Shown piece after piece: positions 15,317 to 24,221 of a stretch of DNA of 27,548 bases. How positions within the stretch are numbered: position 1 is the stretch's first letter; every line of letters starts with the position of its first letter. Where the stretch lies: NCBI GenBank assembly GCA_027017025.1, contig JALURH010000142.1, forward strand, positions 1 through 27,548. The letters are read 5' to 3'. Both the position numbers and the translations under genes were made by a program. The DNA is from Thermofilaceae archaeon. Its GTDB lineage: Archaea > Thermoproteota > Thermoprotei > Thermofilales > Thermofilaceae. The notes beneath the pieces are model-generated. The model saw only the letters and a list, made by a program, of their open reading frames with translations, ran no database searches and was not told the DNA's origin.

Positions 15317-16642
15317 ATGCGTTATTGCCTGAGTTGTGGTAATAAACTATTAGAGGAAGAGATGTTCTGTAGGAAATGTGGATTTAGGACAGATATCTAT
15401 CTTATGGAGCCCCCACCTAAGATACGTATAACAAAACGCCTTGCAGTAATTCTCTTTATAGCTGGCTTAACTCTGCACCTAATCCTCGAATATATCTTAC
15501 CTTTTATTCTCCACGACGTACCCGAGGAGTATTTAATGGCAATCATTATTCTCGACGATCTCCTAGCTTTGCCCTTAATAGCCGTCTCTCTAGTATTCTA
15601 CCTAGCGTATATTTCTAAAGTTAGGCTTAAACCTTGGCTAATCGACGTAGCTACAGCTATAGGGTTCCTCCTAAACATAGTTATATTTTTCCTCCTGAAG
15701 CAGATAGGCTCTGGACCCCTATTCGATATACTCTACTATCTTAGGTATCCCTTTAGCTACGCACTTATTCTCGTAGGAATATTTTCGAGGAAACTCATAG
15801 ACAAGGAGATAGATTCCTTAAACATAGAGGTAGAACATACTCGTTACGAAAACCTTTTAGCCGCAATAACTATCTTAGTTCCCCTACTATTTTTTGCATC
15901 TTATGGTTCAACCTCGCTTAGGATCTATATAGGTATGCCGACAATAGGTTTAGCTACATGGCTTATCTGGGATATTTTCTCAACTAAGCTGGTTAAGATA
16001 TATGTTTTCAAGAATCTATCGGGTAGGAAGGAGGAATGGATGGAGGTAGTTAGGCTTGAAGACAAGGTTAAGGAGAGGGGACTCAGGCCCCATTTCATAG
16101 ATATGTTGCTGGACTCATTCACCCTAACTTTACTAACCTACTCGATAATAGTACTTGGTTTAGAACTAGTACCCGTAGTTGAGGTAGATACAGCATCGGT
16201 TGAGGGGCTCGCAAATACTGTACAGTACTCATGGATACTCCTAATCCTATTATCCATACTTGTTGGACCTTCACAGTGGCTCTTCGATGCATTGGACCTT
16301 AGAATATATAATAAGAAAGTGATGATTGTGGAGAAGGCTTCACCATTTAGGTACTTAGATGAATTCATAGATGTTTTTGCCCTACTAGGTTTCTTACTTA
16401 CTATACGTAATGTATCCTACAAGGTGACTGGAGGGAAAAATATGTTTGGTTTTTCAAAAATATACTTTGCTTCACAAACAGCACTATTCCTATTTATCCT
16501 CTACTGGCTATCTATGCTTACTCCATCGCTTCTAGCAACCCTACTCTACTATAAGTTCTCAATTACTAGGCACGTATCCGAGGTACTCAGAGAACTCAAA
16601 CCCAGGAGTATTGAGGAAATTATAGGGGAGAAAGCTATCTAA
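15317..16642 (+). CDS. Polytopic membrane protein with N-terminal zinc ribbon
   Basis: MRYCLSCG...FCRKCG (CxxC-x10-CxxC) followed by about 10 hydrophobic segments. Confidence 0.8.
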   Translation: MRYCLSCGNKLLEEEMFCRKCGFRTDIYLMEPPPKIRITKRLAVILFIAGLTLHLILEYILPFILHDVPEEYLMAIIILDDLLALPLIAVSLVFYLAYISKVRLKPWLIDVATAIGFLLNIVIFFLLKQIGSGPLFDILYYLRYPFSYALILVGIFSRKLIDKEIDSLNIEVEHTRYENLLAAITILVPLLFFASYGSTSLRIYIGMPTIGLATWLIWDIFSTKLVKIYVFKNLSGRKEEWMEVVRLEDKVKERGLRPHFIDMLLDSFTLTLLTYSIIVLGLELVPVVEVDTASVEGLANTVQYSWILLILLSILVGPSQWLFDALDLRIYNKKVMIVEKASPFRYLDEFIDVFALLGFLLTIRNVSYKVTGGKNMFGFSKIYFASQTALFLFILYWLSMLTPSLLATLLYYKFSITRHVSEVLRELKPRSIEEIIGEKAI

Positions 16643-16658
16643 AATAGCTACTGTAGAG

Positions 16659-17813
16659 TTATCGGAGGTTAGGTGGAATAAGGAGGGCCGAGAAAGCTAG
16701 GGTTAGTAAACCTATTAGTGCTAAAATAGGTATATACTTCCTCCTAATCAGCCTTAATCCGCTGAGAGAAACCATTGTGAATAATGCTATGAAAGCTATG
16801 CTACTTAACCCCATAAGGGTTATTGTTGTGCCGCTTAGCGCAAGAAAAACAGCAGCTATACCCGAGATGATTGCTGAGACCCATGGGGAATTTCTCCTCC
16901 AGGTCTTAGTTAGGGGTTTGGGAAGGTACCCGTCCCTAGCCATAGTATATAGGAGTCTACTGGCTACATATAGGCTAGCGTTAGATGCACTTACCGTTGA
17001 CAGGAGGCTTCCCGTAAGTACAAGTATTAAACCCTTTTCCCCGAGAATGCTCCTAGCTATATCTGCTACAGCCGTATCCTCAGAGACTTTCCCTATACCT
17101 CTGGCCGCTATAGCTAGAGCCATGTAGATAAGGGCTACAAGTATTATCGATATAGCCATAGATACTTTAATATCCCTATCCGGGTTCCTCGTTTCAGCGC
17201 TAGCACTCGATATTACCTCAAACCCCTCGAAACCCAAGAAAATTAGTCCAGAAGCCTTCAAAATATCTATGTTGATCTTGAGGGACGGCAGTTTTATACC
17301 AACTACTGTAATAGCCGTCGAGGCGATAAATAGTAAGATAATTACTTTCCCGGCGGTAATAATTACCTCAAATCTCCCCGCTTCCTTCGCGCCACTAGCT
17401 ACAATTACTGTAAGAAAGAGAAGTAGGGCTAAGCATGATAGAATCTTAGGTATAGGTAGTAGAATGTAGAGATAGTCTACGAAAACCCATGCATAGAATG
17501 CTGATGCAACAGTATAGGCAAATAACTGTATGAAACCTACAGCTACCCCCATCCTCCTACCTAGACCAAGTGAAACTATCGAATAGCTACCCCCACTATC
17601 TGGGTACTCTGAGCTTATTTTGGAGTAAATATATGCTACTAGTAGGGCCACTGCTGATGCAACCAGAAACGCTATATCTGCAGCACCATTAGTAATCCTC
17701 ATAGCCAAACCTAGTGCAGCGTAGATTGTTCCCCCAATCATTGTCCCTACTCCTAACCCAACGCAATCAATTAGATCTAGTTCCTTCGAGAGCCTTTCCT
17801 CCATAGGCACCAC
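16659..17813 (-). CDS. APC family amino acid permease
   Basis: GVGTMIGGTIY (TM1), YPDSGGSY, FLGFEGFE (TM6), ETRNPDRD and ASRLLYTMARDG motifs. Confidence 0.92.
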   Translation of the reverse strand: MVPMEERLSKELDLIDCVGLGVGTMIGGTIYAALGLAMRITNGAADIAFLVASAVALLVAYIYSKISSEYPDSGGSYSIVSLGLGRRMGVAVGFIQLFAYTVASAFYAWVFVDYLYILLPIPKILSCLALLLFLTVIVASGAKEAGRFEVIITAGKVIILLFIASTAITVVGIKLPSLKINIDILKASGLIFLGFEGFEVISSASAETRNPDRDIKVSMAISIILVALIYMALAIAARGIGKVSEDTAVADIARSILGEKGLILVLTGSLLSTVSASNASLYVASRLLYTMARDGYLPKPLTKTWRRNSPWVSAIISGIAAVFLALSGTTITLMGLSSIAFIALFTMVSLSGLRLIRRKYIPILALIGLLTLAFSALLIPPNLR

Positions 17814-17933
17814 TAAAACAGATTCTAAATTAATGTTAGAACTTATAGCCTTTACTTATGTAAAACGTTAAAGAAGTGCAAGCTACCATATAATTAATAC
17901 TAATAGAGCTTTTCCATAGACAGTGAGCACCGA

Positions 17934-18854
17934 CTATATTTTCTCCAATATCTCAAGTATCTCGGGTTTATCCGGTATAAGCCCTACCCTCGGTAACCTA
18001 AAGATAAGTTCCCTCCAGCTAGGATTTTTCCTAAATAGCTTACTGAGAATAGGTATTGCGTCATCCACCCTACCTACCTGGATCATAGTTACTGCCTGCC
18101 AGAACGGAAGCTCATCGATTTCGGGCGCTAACCTACTTGCAATAGAGTATTCCCTCATCGCCTCCTCCACCTTACCCTCAGATAGGAAATCATCCCCCTT
18201 ACCTGAGTGAACATATGCCTTATGTAACCTAAGAAGCCTTTTGAGCTCCTTAACTGGCTCGGGATGATCCTCAACTCTTAACTCAACAGCTGTATCCTCC
18301 CAAGGCTTACCACTATAGCTACACTTAACTACTAGTAGTGCTGCAGACTGCCTACCCCTTATATCCCCTCCAGCTTCCTCAGCAGCCTCTAGGGCTACTA
18401 CTAGTCTATCCGCTAGCCCCCCTCTACTATCCTCGAAGGCGCTAGCCATAGCCTCCCAGACTTTATCCGTCCTCATGAGGTTAGCTTGTACCGAATACCC
18501 TTCTCCAACGATATGTCCAGCCTCTGGAATACATTTCTCACCAGTATGTACAGCTACCCTACCCTCAACGTCGAGTATCGCTACTTGCCTAAACTCTGGG
18601 TGAGGATCTGAAGATAGTAGCCCCCTAAGTGCTTGTTCAGGTGTTTTACCTGCTTCAAGCATAGCTAACCCAAGTGGTCCATAGCTTATATCAACTAGTG
18701 ATTGAGTAGCTACTACACCTACGCCAGCTTTAGCCCAAGGGACAACTGAGCCAACAGAGAACCAATGAGACTGGACTGCAACGCCCATTTCCCCTCTCTC
18801 CCTATCTATGGCAACTATCGAGTAGGTGGCTACTGGGCGTTTAATCCGAGACAT
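17934..18854 (-). CDS. DUF1028 (Ntn-hydrolase fold) protein with C-terminal TPR-like helices
   Basis: ATYSIVA N-terminus, GVAVQSHWFSVG, ATQS, YSVQANLM, GGDIRGRQSAALLV, LRVEDHPEPVKEL. Confidence 0.9.
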   Translation of the reverse strand: MSRIKRPVATYSIVAIDRERGEMGVAVQSHWFSVGSVVPWAKAGVGVVATQSLVDISYGPLGLAMLEAGKTPEQALRGLLSSDPHPEFRQVAILDVEGRVAVHTGEKCIPEAGHIVGEGYSVQANLMRTDKVWEAMASAFEDSRGGLADRLVVALEAAEEAGGDIRGRQSAALLVVKCSYSGKPWEDTAVELRVEDHPEPVKELKRLLRLHKAYVHSGKGDDFLSEGKVEEAMREYSIASRLAPEIDELPFWQAVTMIQVGRVDDAIPILSKLFRKNPSWRELIFRLPRVGLIPDKPEILEILEKI

Positions 18855-18917
18855 AATATATGTTATCTACGATTCCTTTAATAAGTTAAATTAGTCTAAG
18901 ATTTACTGCTTAAACTA

Positions 18918-20141
18918 GTGGTATGGATGGTGCTTAGCTTGGATAAAATATTTGCTTCGAGGATACGGGGTCTTAGCTACGCAATTAGGGAGATGATGCC
19001 TATAGCTAGGGAACTTGAAAGAAAGGGAGAAAAAATTTTGTACCTCAATATTGGGGACCCAGTAAAGTATGGTTTCCAGCCTCCGAAACATATAGCTGAG
19101 GCTCTCTTCAAGGCGGTAGAGGAGGGGTACAATTATTATTCGTCCTCAGAGGGAGATGAGGAGTTACGTAAGGCTATCGCCGAGAAAGAGAGGGAGTGGA
19201 ATAGAGTTGAGTTAGAGCCACAGGATATTTTTGTAACATACGGGGTATCTGAGGCTATAAACATAGTTTTCTCACTATTCCTGGATCCAGGAGATAAAGT
19301 TCTTATCCCAGGGCCCTCATACCCTCTATACATATCTTACGCTAAAATCTATAATGCAGAGCCGGTATTCTACCGCTGTATAGAAGATGAGGGGTGGGAG
19401 CCTGATGTTGATGATATTAGGGAGAAAATTACGAGGAAAACAAAACTTATAGTAGTTATAAACCCCAATAACCCTACTGGAGCACTATATGGGGAGAAAA
19501 CTCTTAGGAAAATAGCTGATCTAGCAGCTGAATACAATATTCCTCTAGTCTCCGATGAAATATATGATGGAATAGTTCTCAAAGGACAATTCAGGAGTCT
19601 AGCTACTATCGCAAAGGATACTATTATTCTGGGATTAAATGGTTTATCTAAAACATTCCTGATGACTGGTTGGAGACTAGGCTATTTCTACCTCAAGGCT
19701 CCTGAGGAACAAAAAGAGAAACTTAGGGAAGCTATACTTAAGATAGTTAGAGCAAGACTAGGTGTTACAACTCCAATCCAGAGAGCTGGCATAGTGGCGC
19801 TACGTGGGCCACTTAGCCACCTAGAGTACATGAGAGAAGAGTTGCGGAAACGAGCCGAGTACTTGGTTAAGAGACTTAACGAAATTGGTATTTTTGCAAC
19901 ACAGGAACCTAGAGCTGCTTTCTATATCTTCCCAAAAATAGTATATCGTGAACCATGGAGAGATGATAGAGAATTTGTCTATAAGCTTCTTGTAGAAAAT
20001 AAGGTTCTCCTGGTTCATGGCTCAGGTTTTGGTTCAGGAGGAGAATGGCATACTCGGATAACTTTCCTACCCTCACTAGAGGTACTTGTTGAAGCTATGG
20101 ATAGAGTTGAGAGCTTTGTCAAGAAATATTCCTGGGTATAG
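18918..20141 (+). CDS. Class I/II PLP-dependent aminotransferase (alanine aminotransferase-like)
   Basis: LNIGDP, INPNNPTG, SDEIYD and GLSKTFLMTGWRLGY with the PLP lysine. Confidence 0.93.
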   Translation: MVWMVLSLDKIFASRIRGLSYAIREMMPIARELERKGEKILYLNIGDPVKYGFQPPKHIAEALFKAVEEGYNYYSSSEGDEELRKAIAEKEREWNRVELEPQDIFVTYGVSEAINIVFSLFLDPGDKVLIPGPSYPLYISYAKIYNAEPVFYRCIEDEGWEPDVDDIREKITRKTKLIVVINPNNPTGALYGEKTLRKIADLAAEYNIPLVSDEIYDGIVLKGQFRSLATIAKDTIILGLNGLSKTFLMTGWRLGYFYLKAPEEQKEKLREAILKIVRARLGVTTPIQRAGIVALRGPLSHLEYMREELRKRAEYLVKRLNEIGIFATQEPRAAFYIFPKIVYREPWRDDREFVYKLLVENKVLLVHGSGFGSGGEWHTRITFLPSLEVLVEAMDRVESFVKKYSWV

Positions 20142-20180
20142 CATAACCCTAATATATCCGTTATCGAATAACGGATAACG

Positions 20181-21095
20181 ATGATTACAGGAAAAAACAG
20201 TAAGATAACTATCGCCCTGGTATTAGCCATAGTATCTATATCACTTTCCCTATACTTCCTCCAACAAACCTATAGTACCAAAGTTCTAAGAGTTTCAACA
20301 ACTACTAGCCTATATGCAACAGGCCTCTTAGATAGGCTAGCGGATGAGTATAGGAGGCTTCACCCAGATATTATCATACAGTTCATAGCGGTTGGTAGCG
20401 GGGAAGCATTGAGGAAAGCCTCTAGAGGCGACGCAGATATGGTTTTAGTGCATGCACCTAACCTCGAGAAACAATATGTGGAGGATAATACTCTGGTGGA
20501 GGGCGATATATTTGCCTATAATTTCTTCATAATCGTTGGTCCCAAGGAGGATCCCGCAGGTATAAGGGGCTTAGATCCTCTAGAAGCATTTAGGAAAATA
20601 TACGAAGCTGGTATTGAAGGGAGGGCTCTATTTGTTAGTCGAGGTGACGAATCAGGTACTCATCAGCGCGAGAAAATATTGTGGAGCCTCGTTGGCTTGA
20701 AGCCTAGTGGGGACTGGTATATTGAGTCTGGCTCCGGTATGTCTAAGACTCTACTGATAGCTAACGAGAAGAATGCTTATACGCTAGCGGATACAGGTAC
20801 CTATCTTAAGCTTAAGCTTGAGGATAGGTTACCTTACCTTGAGGCGCTCGTAACTAGGGGGGATGTACTTATAAATATCTATAGTGTCTATATAGTTAAC
20901 CCCGAGAAAATAAGTGGAGTAAACTATGAGTTAGCTAAAGAATTTAAGGAATTCTTGGTTTCCGGAGAGGGGCAGGGAATTATAGGCTCCTATGGTGTAG
21001 ATAAGTATGGGAAACCTCTCTTCTATCCAGCTACTGGGAAAAAAGATGAGTTAAAGAAGCAGTGGCTAAAGATTACTGAGTGGGGCAATGTATAG
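20181..21095 (+). CDS. tupA: Tungstate ABC transporter substrate-binding protein
   Basis: STTTSLYATGLL motif, VGSGEAL, VHAP, FVSRGDESGTH; N-terminal membrane anchor. Confidence 0.9.
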   Translation: MITGKNSKITIALVLAIVSISLSLYFLQQTYSTKVLRVSTTTSLYATGLLDRLADEYRRLHPDIIIQFIAVGSGEALRKASRGDADMVLVHAPNLEKQYVEDNTLVEGDIFAYNFFIIVGPKEDPAGIRGLDPLEAFRKIYEAGIEGRALFVSRGDESGTHQREKILWSLVGLKPSGDWYIESGSGMSKTLLIANEKNAYTLADTGTYLKLKLEDRLPYLEALVTRGDVLINIYSVYIVNPEKISGVNYELAKEFKEFLVSGEGQGIIGSYGVDKYGKPLFYPATGKKDELKKQWLKITEWGNV

Positions 21096-21741
21096 TATGA
21101 GCATATTTTATGATGCAATAGCTATCGCACTACGCTCTCTAGCTATCTCCGGATTAGCCACCCTACTAGCCTCTACGTGGTGTGTACCTATAGCAGTTAA
21201 ACTCTCGGGCACTAGGTCTAGGGTAGGTAAAGCGATACTAGGGATACTTAATGCATCCATAGGGTTGCCTACAGTAATAGTAGGCCTAGTTCTCTACCTC
21301 TTTCTATCTAGAGCTGGGCCACTGGGTTTTTTGAGGCTTCTCTACACTCCCTACGCTATAGTTATTGGTCAATCCATCTTGGTAACTCCACTACTAACAT
21401 TCCTTATGGCTGACTCGTTATCGCACCTAAAGGATACTATACTAGAGTTAGCATACTCCCTAGGAGCTACTCGGCGGCAAGCTATATTGACTTTATTACG
21501 CGAATCTTTACCTCATATTATCTCATCGATGCTTGTATCATTTAATAGGGCAGTAGGTGAGTTAGGGGTAGCTTTAATGCTTGGTGGAAATATCCGAGGC
21601 TTAACTAGGGTTATGACTACAGCTATAGCTTTGGAGGTCGAGAAAGGAGAGTTTGAGCTTGCATTAACCTTAGGAGGCTTCTTGCTTCTAACTACATCCT
21701 TTATAACATTGCTTATTAGAGCCTTGAGGTGGAGGAAATGA
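21088..21741 (+). CDS. tupB: Tungstate ABC transporter permease
   Basis: GLPTVIVGLVLY, LGATRRQ EAA-like loop, GGNIRGLTRVMTTAI; overlaps tupA by 8 nt. Confidence 0.9.
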   Translation: MYSMSIFYDAIAIALRSLAISGLATLLASTWCVPIAVKLSGTRSRVGKAILGILNASIGLPTVIVGLVLYLFLSRAGPLGFLRLLYTPYAIVIGQSILVTPLLTFLMADSLSHLKDTILELAYSLGATRRQAILTLLRESLPHIISSMLVSFNRAVGELGVALMLGGNIRGLTRVMTTAIALEVEKGEFELALTLGGFLLLTTSFITLLIRALRWRK

Positions 21742-22382
21742 TTAAATTAATTAACGTATCCTTCTCCTATGGTGAGAAGAATGTGTTAGAGGATATAAAC
21801 CTAGTATTTGATAAGGGGGTTACAGTTGTCTTAGGCCCCAATGGTTCCGGCAAAACTACTCTCCTCAAGGTGGCTGCTGGACTCTATAAGCCGTCTAGGG
21901 GTAAAGTACTTATAGGTGGGGTCAATATATGGGATTCTCCTCCCGAAACCACTATCCCTATCAGGAGGAAAATAGTGTATGTTCATGAGAAACCTATTCT
22001 CCTTAGAGGTACTGTATTATATAACGTTAGCTATGGGCTAAAACTTAGGGGGTCGGATACTGAAAGCTCCAGGAGAAAAGCTATGGAGATCCTGAGGAGA
22101 TTTGGGATAGAGGATCTTGCATACAGGAACTCAAGGGAGTTGTCCACTGGTCAAGCCCAGCTAGTCTCTATTGCACGTGCTCTAGCTGTTTCACCACAGT
22201 ACCTACTGCTAGATGAACCTACATCGAATCTCGATAAAAACAGGAGAGCCATACTGGAGGAAACTATACGTAACCTTAGTGACACCATAGTTGTAGTAGC
22301 TACCCATGATAGATTATTTGCAGAAAAATTTCCTAGAAAAATAGTTAGGTTGGAGAATGGCAAAATAGTTGATAGGGCCTAG
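21729..22382 (+). CDS. tupC: Tungstate ABC transporter ATPase
   Basis: Walker A GPNGSGKT, signature LSTGQAQ, Walker B LLLDEP, H-loop THD; overlaps tupB. Confidence 0.88.
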   Translation: MEEMIKLINVSFSYGEKNVLEDINLVFDKGVTVVLGPNGSGKTTLLKVAAGLYKPSRGKVLIGGVNIWDSPPETTIPIRRKIVYVHEKPILLRGTVLYNVSYGLKLRGSDTESSRRKAMEILRRFGIEDLAYRNSRELSTGQAQLVSIARALAVSPQYLLLDEPTSNLDKNRRAILEETIRNLSDTIVVVATHDRLFAEKFPRKIVRLENGKIVDRA

Positions 22383-22384
22383 CG

Positions 22385-23116
22385 TTAGGGGATAATATTC
22401 TTTAGCACTCTTCTAGCATGCCTATAGTCTACAAATATTCTCCTCAAAACCCCTGGAAGATCCCCTAGTTTCTCGGTTACAGCCGATACTATAATGTAGC
22501 CTTCCTCATTTATATCGATCCTAGTTGTAATTTCCCTCCGCAGAGCATTCACTAATGCTTGATCCAAGACACCATAGTCCCTCTTATATAATGGGTCACT
22601 TTCAATTATGAAACCATAGTCCTCGACGTAGATATCGAAACCCACTCTACTTTTCTTATAGACTATTGCACCAGAGACTGATGGGAAATCTTCCCATACT
22701 CTAGCAGCAGCGTATATACCTTTCTTCCTCAAGAAAGATGCTACTTTAACAAATCTCTCCTCCAAACCATCCTCGGAGTATTTCTCAACCCTTACGGGTG
22801 TCCCATCCTCCACCCAGTGAATAAAGTGTTTTGGCCCTAGAATCCATCCAAGCCTAACAACCTTACCGTAGGGCTGGTTTATACCAGCAAATAAGCATAG
22901 TGCTTTACCGGGAGGCCAATAGGCTACTCTACCACTAGCTACCTTATCATATAGTTTTCCCCCACCCTCAACTGGGGTCTCAAAGTAAACCTCTTCCTTC
23001 CATACCCTAGCAGTTGACTCAAATGGTGTAGCTTCCTCAAACTTCTCTGCTAGCTCATTTTCATCAAGGTATGCTATAATTTCACCGAGGTTTTCAAAAA
23101 TAATCCTCAAATACAT
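22385..23116 (-). CDS. Cyclophilin-like fold protein (DUF369-like) with an extra C-terminal domain
   Basis: WKEEVYFETPV and VAYWPPGKALCLF motifs in the first ~115 aa; about 120 additional alpha/beta residues. Confidence 0.8.
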   Translation of the reverse strand: MYLRIIFENLGEIIAYLDENELAEKFEEATPFESTARVWKEEVYFETPVEGGGKLYDKVASGRVAYWPPGKALCLFAGINQPYGKVVRLGWILGPKHFIHWVEDGTPVRVEKYSEDGLEERFVKVASFLRKKGIYAAARVWEDFPSVSGAIVYKKSRVGFDIYVEDYGFIIESDPLYKRDYGVLDQALVNALRREITTRIDINEEGYIIVSAVTEKLGDLPGVLRRIFVDYRHARRVLKNIIP

Positions 23117-23222
23117 AGCACTCTAATAAAGGTGTTTGCCTCAATAATATTTTATCATCAATTTATTCAAGTGTTTTAGAAAAATAGATGAACCGCTTTT
23201 ACATTACCTACAGGGATTAGAG

Positions 23223-24170
23223 ATGATTGTTGTAACTGGTGGAGCAGGTTTTATAGGTAGCCACCTTGTGGAGAAGCTACTTGAATATGGATACGAGGTT
23301 ACGGTTATAGATAACTTGAGTACAGGTTCACTAGAGAACCTTGAGGTAGTTAGAGATAACCCACGCTTTAGATTCATTAAGGGGGATGTCCGTAATAGAG
23401 AGGATATAGCTAAGGCTTTTGAGGGAGCTTCTACAATCTTCCACTTCGCAGCTAACCCCGAGGTTAGAGTTGGTATACCACAGGAACACTTTGAGCATAA
23501 TATTTTAGCAACCTTTAATGTACTGGAGGAGATGAGGAAGAAGGATATTAGAGATATAGTTTTTGCCTCATCCTCTACGGTTTATGGCGATGCTGAACAA
23601 CTACCTACCCCGGAGGACTATGGGCCACTCAAGCCTATATCTGTCTATGGAGCATCAAAGCTAGCTTGTGAAGCATTACTATCCTCTTATTCTCACACCT
23701 ATGGATTCAAGAGTATAGCGTTGAGGTATGCTAATGTTGTTGGCCCTAGGCATAGCCGAGGCGTGATATATGATTTTGTCAGGAAACTTAGAGCTAATCC
23801 AAGGCGCCTAGAGATTCTGGGAGATGGTACTCAAACCAAATCGTATATATGGATAGAAGATGCTGTTGAAGCAACCCTACTTGCATGGGAAAAAACCCCA
23901 GAAGGATTTGAGGTATATAATGTTGGCAGCGAAGACGCTATCTCAGTTAGGGAGATAGCTAATATTGTTGTTGAAGAAATGGGGCTAAAGAACGTTGAAT
24001 ACATCTTTACTGGCGGAGTTGCTGGGGGGCGGGGATGGGTAGGCGACGTAAAATACATGCACCTTGATATCGCGAAGCTGAGAAAACTCGGCTGGGAACC
24101 TAAATACAGTAGCGCTGAGGCAGTTAGGTTAGCTGCGAGAAACCATGTTATGACTCTTCCATCACAATAG
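23223..24170 (+). CDS. NAD-dependent epimerase/dehydratase (UDP-glucose 4-epimerase-like SDR)
   Basis: TGGAGFIG, HFAA, ASSSTVYG, YGASK, LRYANVVG. Confidence 0.93.
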   Translation: MIVVTGGAGFIGSHLVEKLLEYGYEVTVIDNLSTGSLENLEVVRDNPRFRFIKGDVRNREDIAKAFEGASTIFHFAANPEVRVGIPQEHFEHNILATFNVLEEMRKKDIRDIVFASSSTVYGDAEQLPTPEDYGPLKPISVYGASKLACEALLSSYSHTYGFKSIALRYANVVGPRHSRGVIYDFVRKLRANPRRLEILGDGTQTKSYIWIEDAVEATLLAWEKTPEGFEVYNVGSEDAISVREIANIVVEEMGLKNVEYIFTGGVAGGRGWVGDVKYMHLDIAKLRKLGWEPKYSSAEAVRLAARNHVMTLPSQ

Positions 24171-24221
24171 ATTAATTCTTTTTAGTTCTAATTCCCCTCC
24201 TGGCTTACTCACTAGAGAAAA

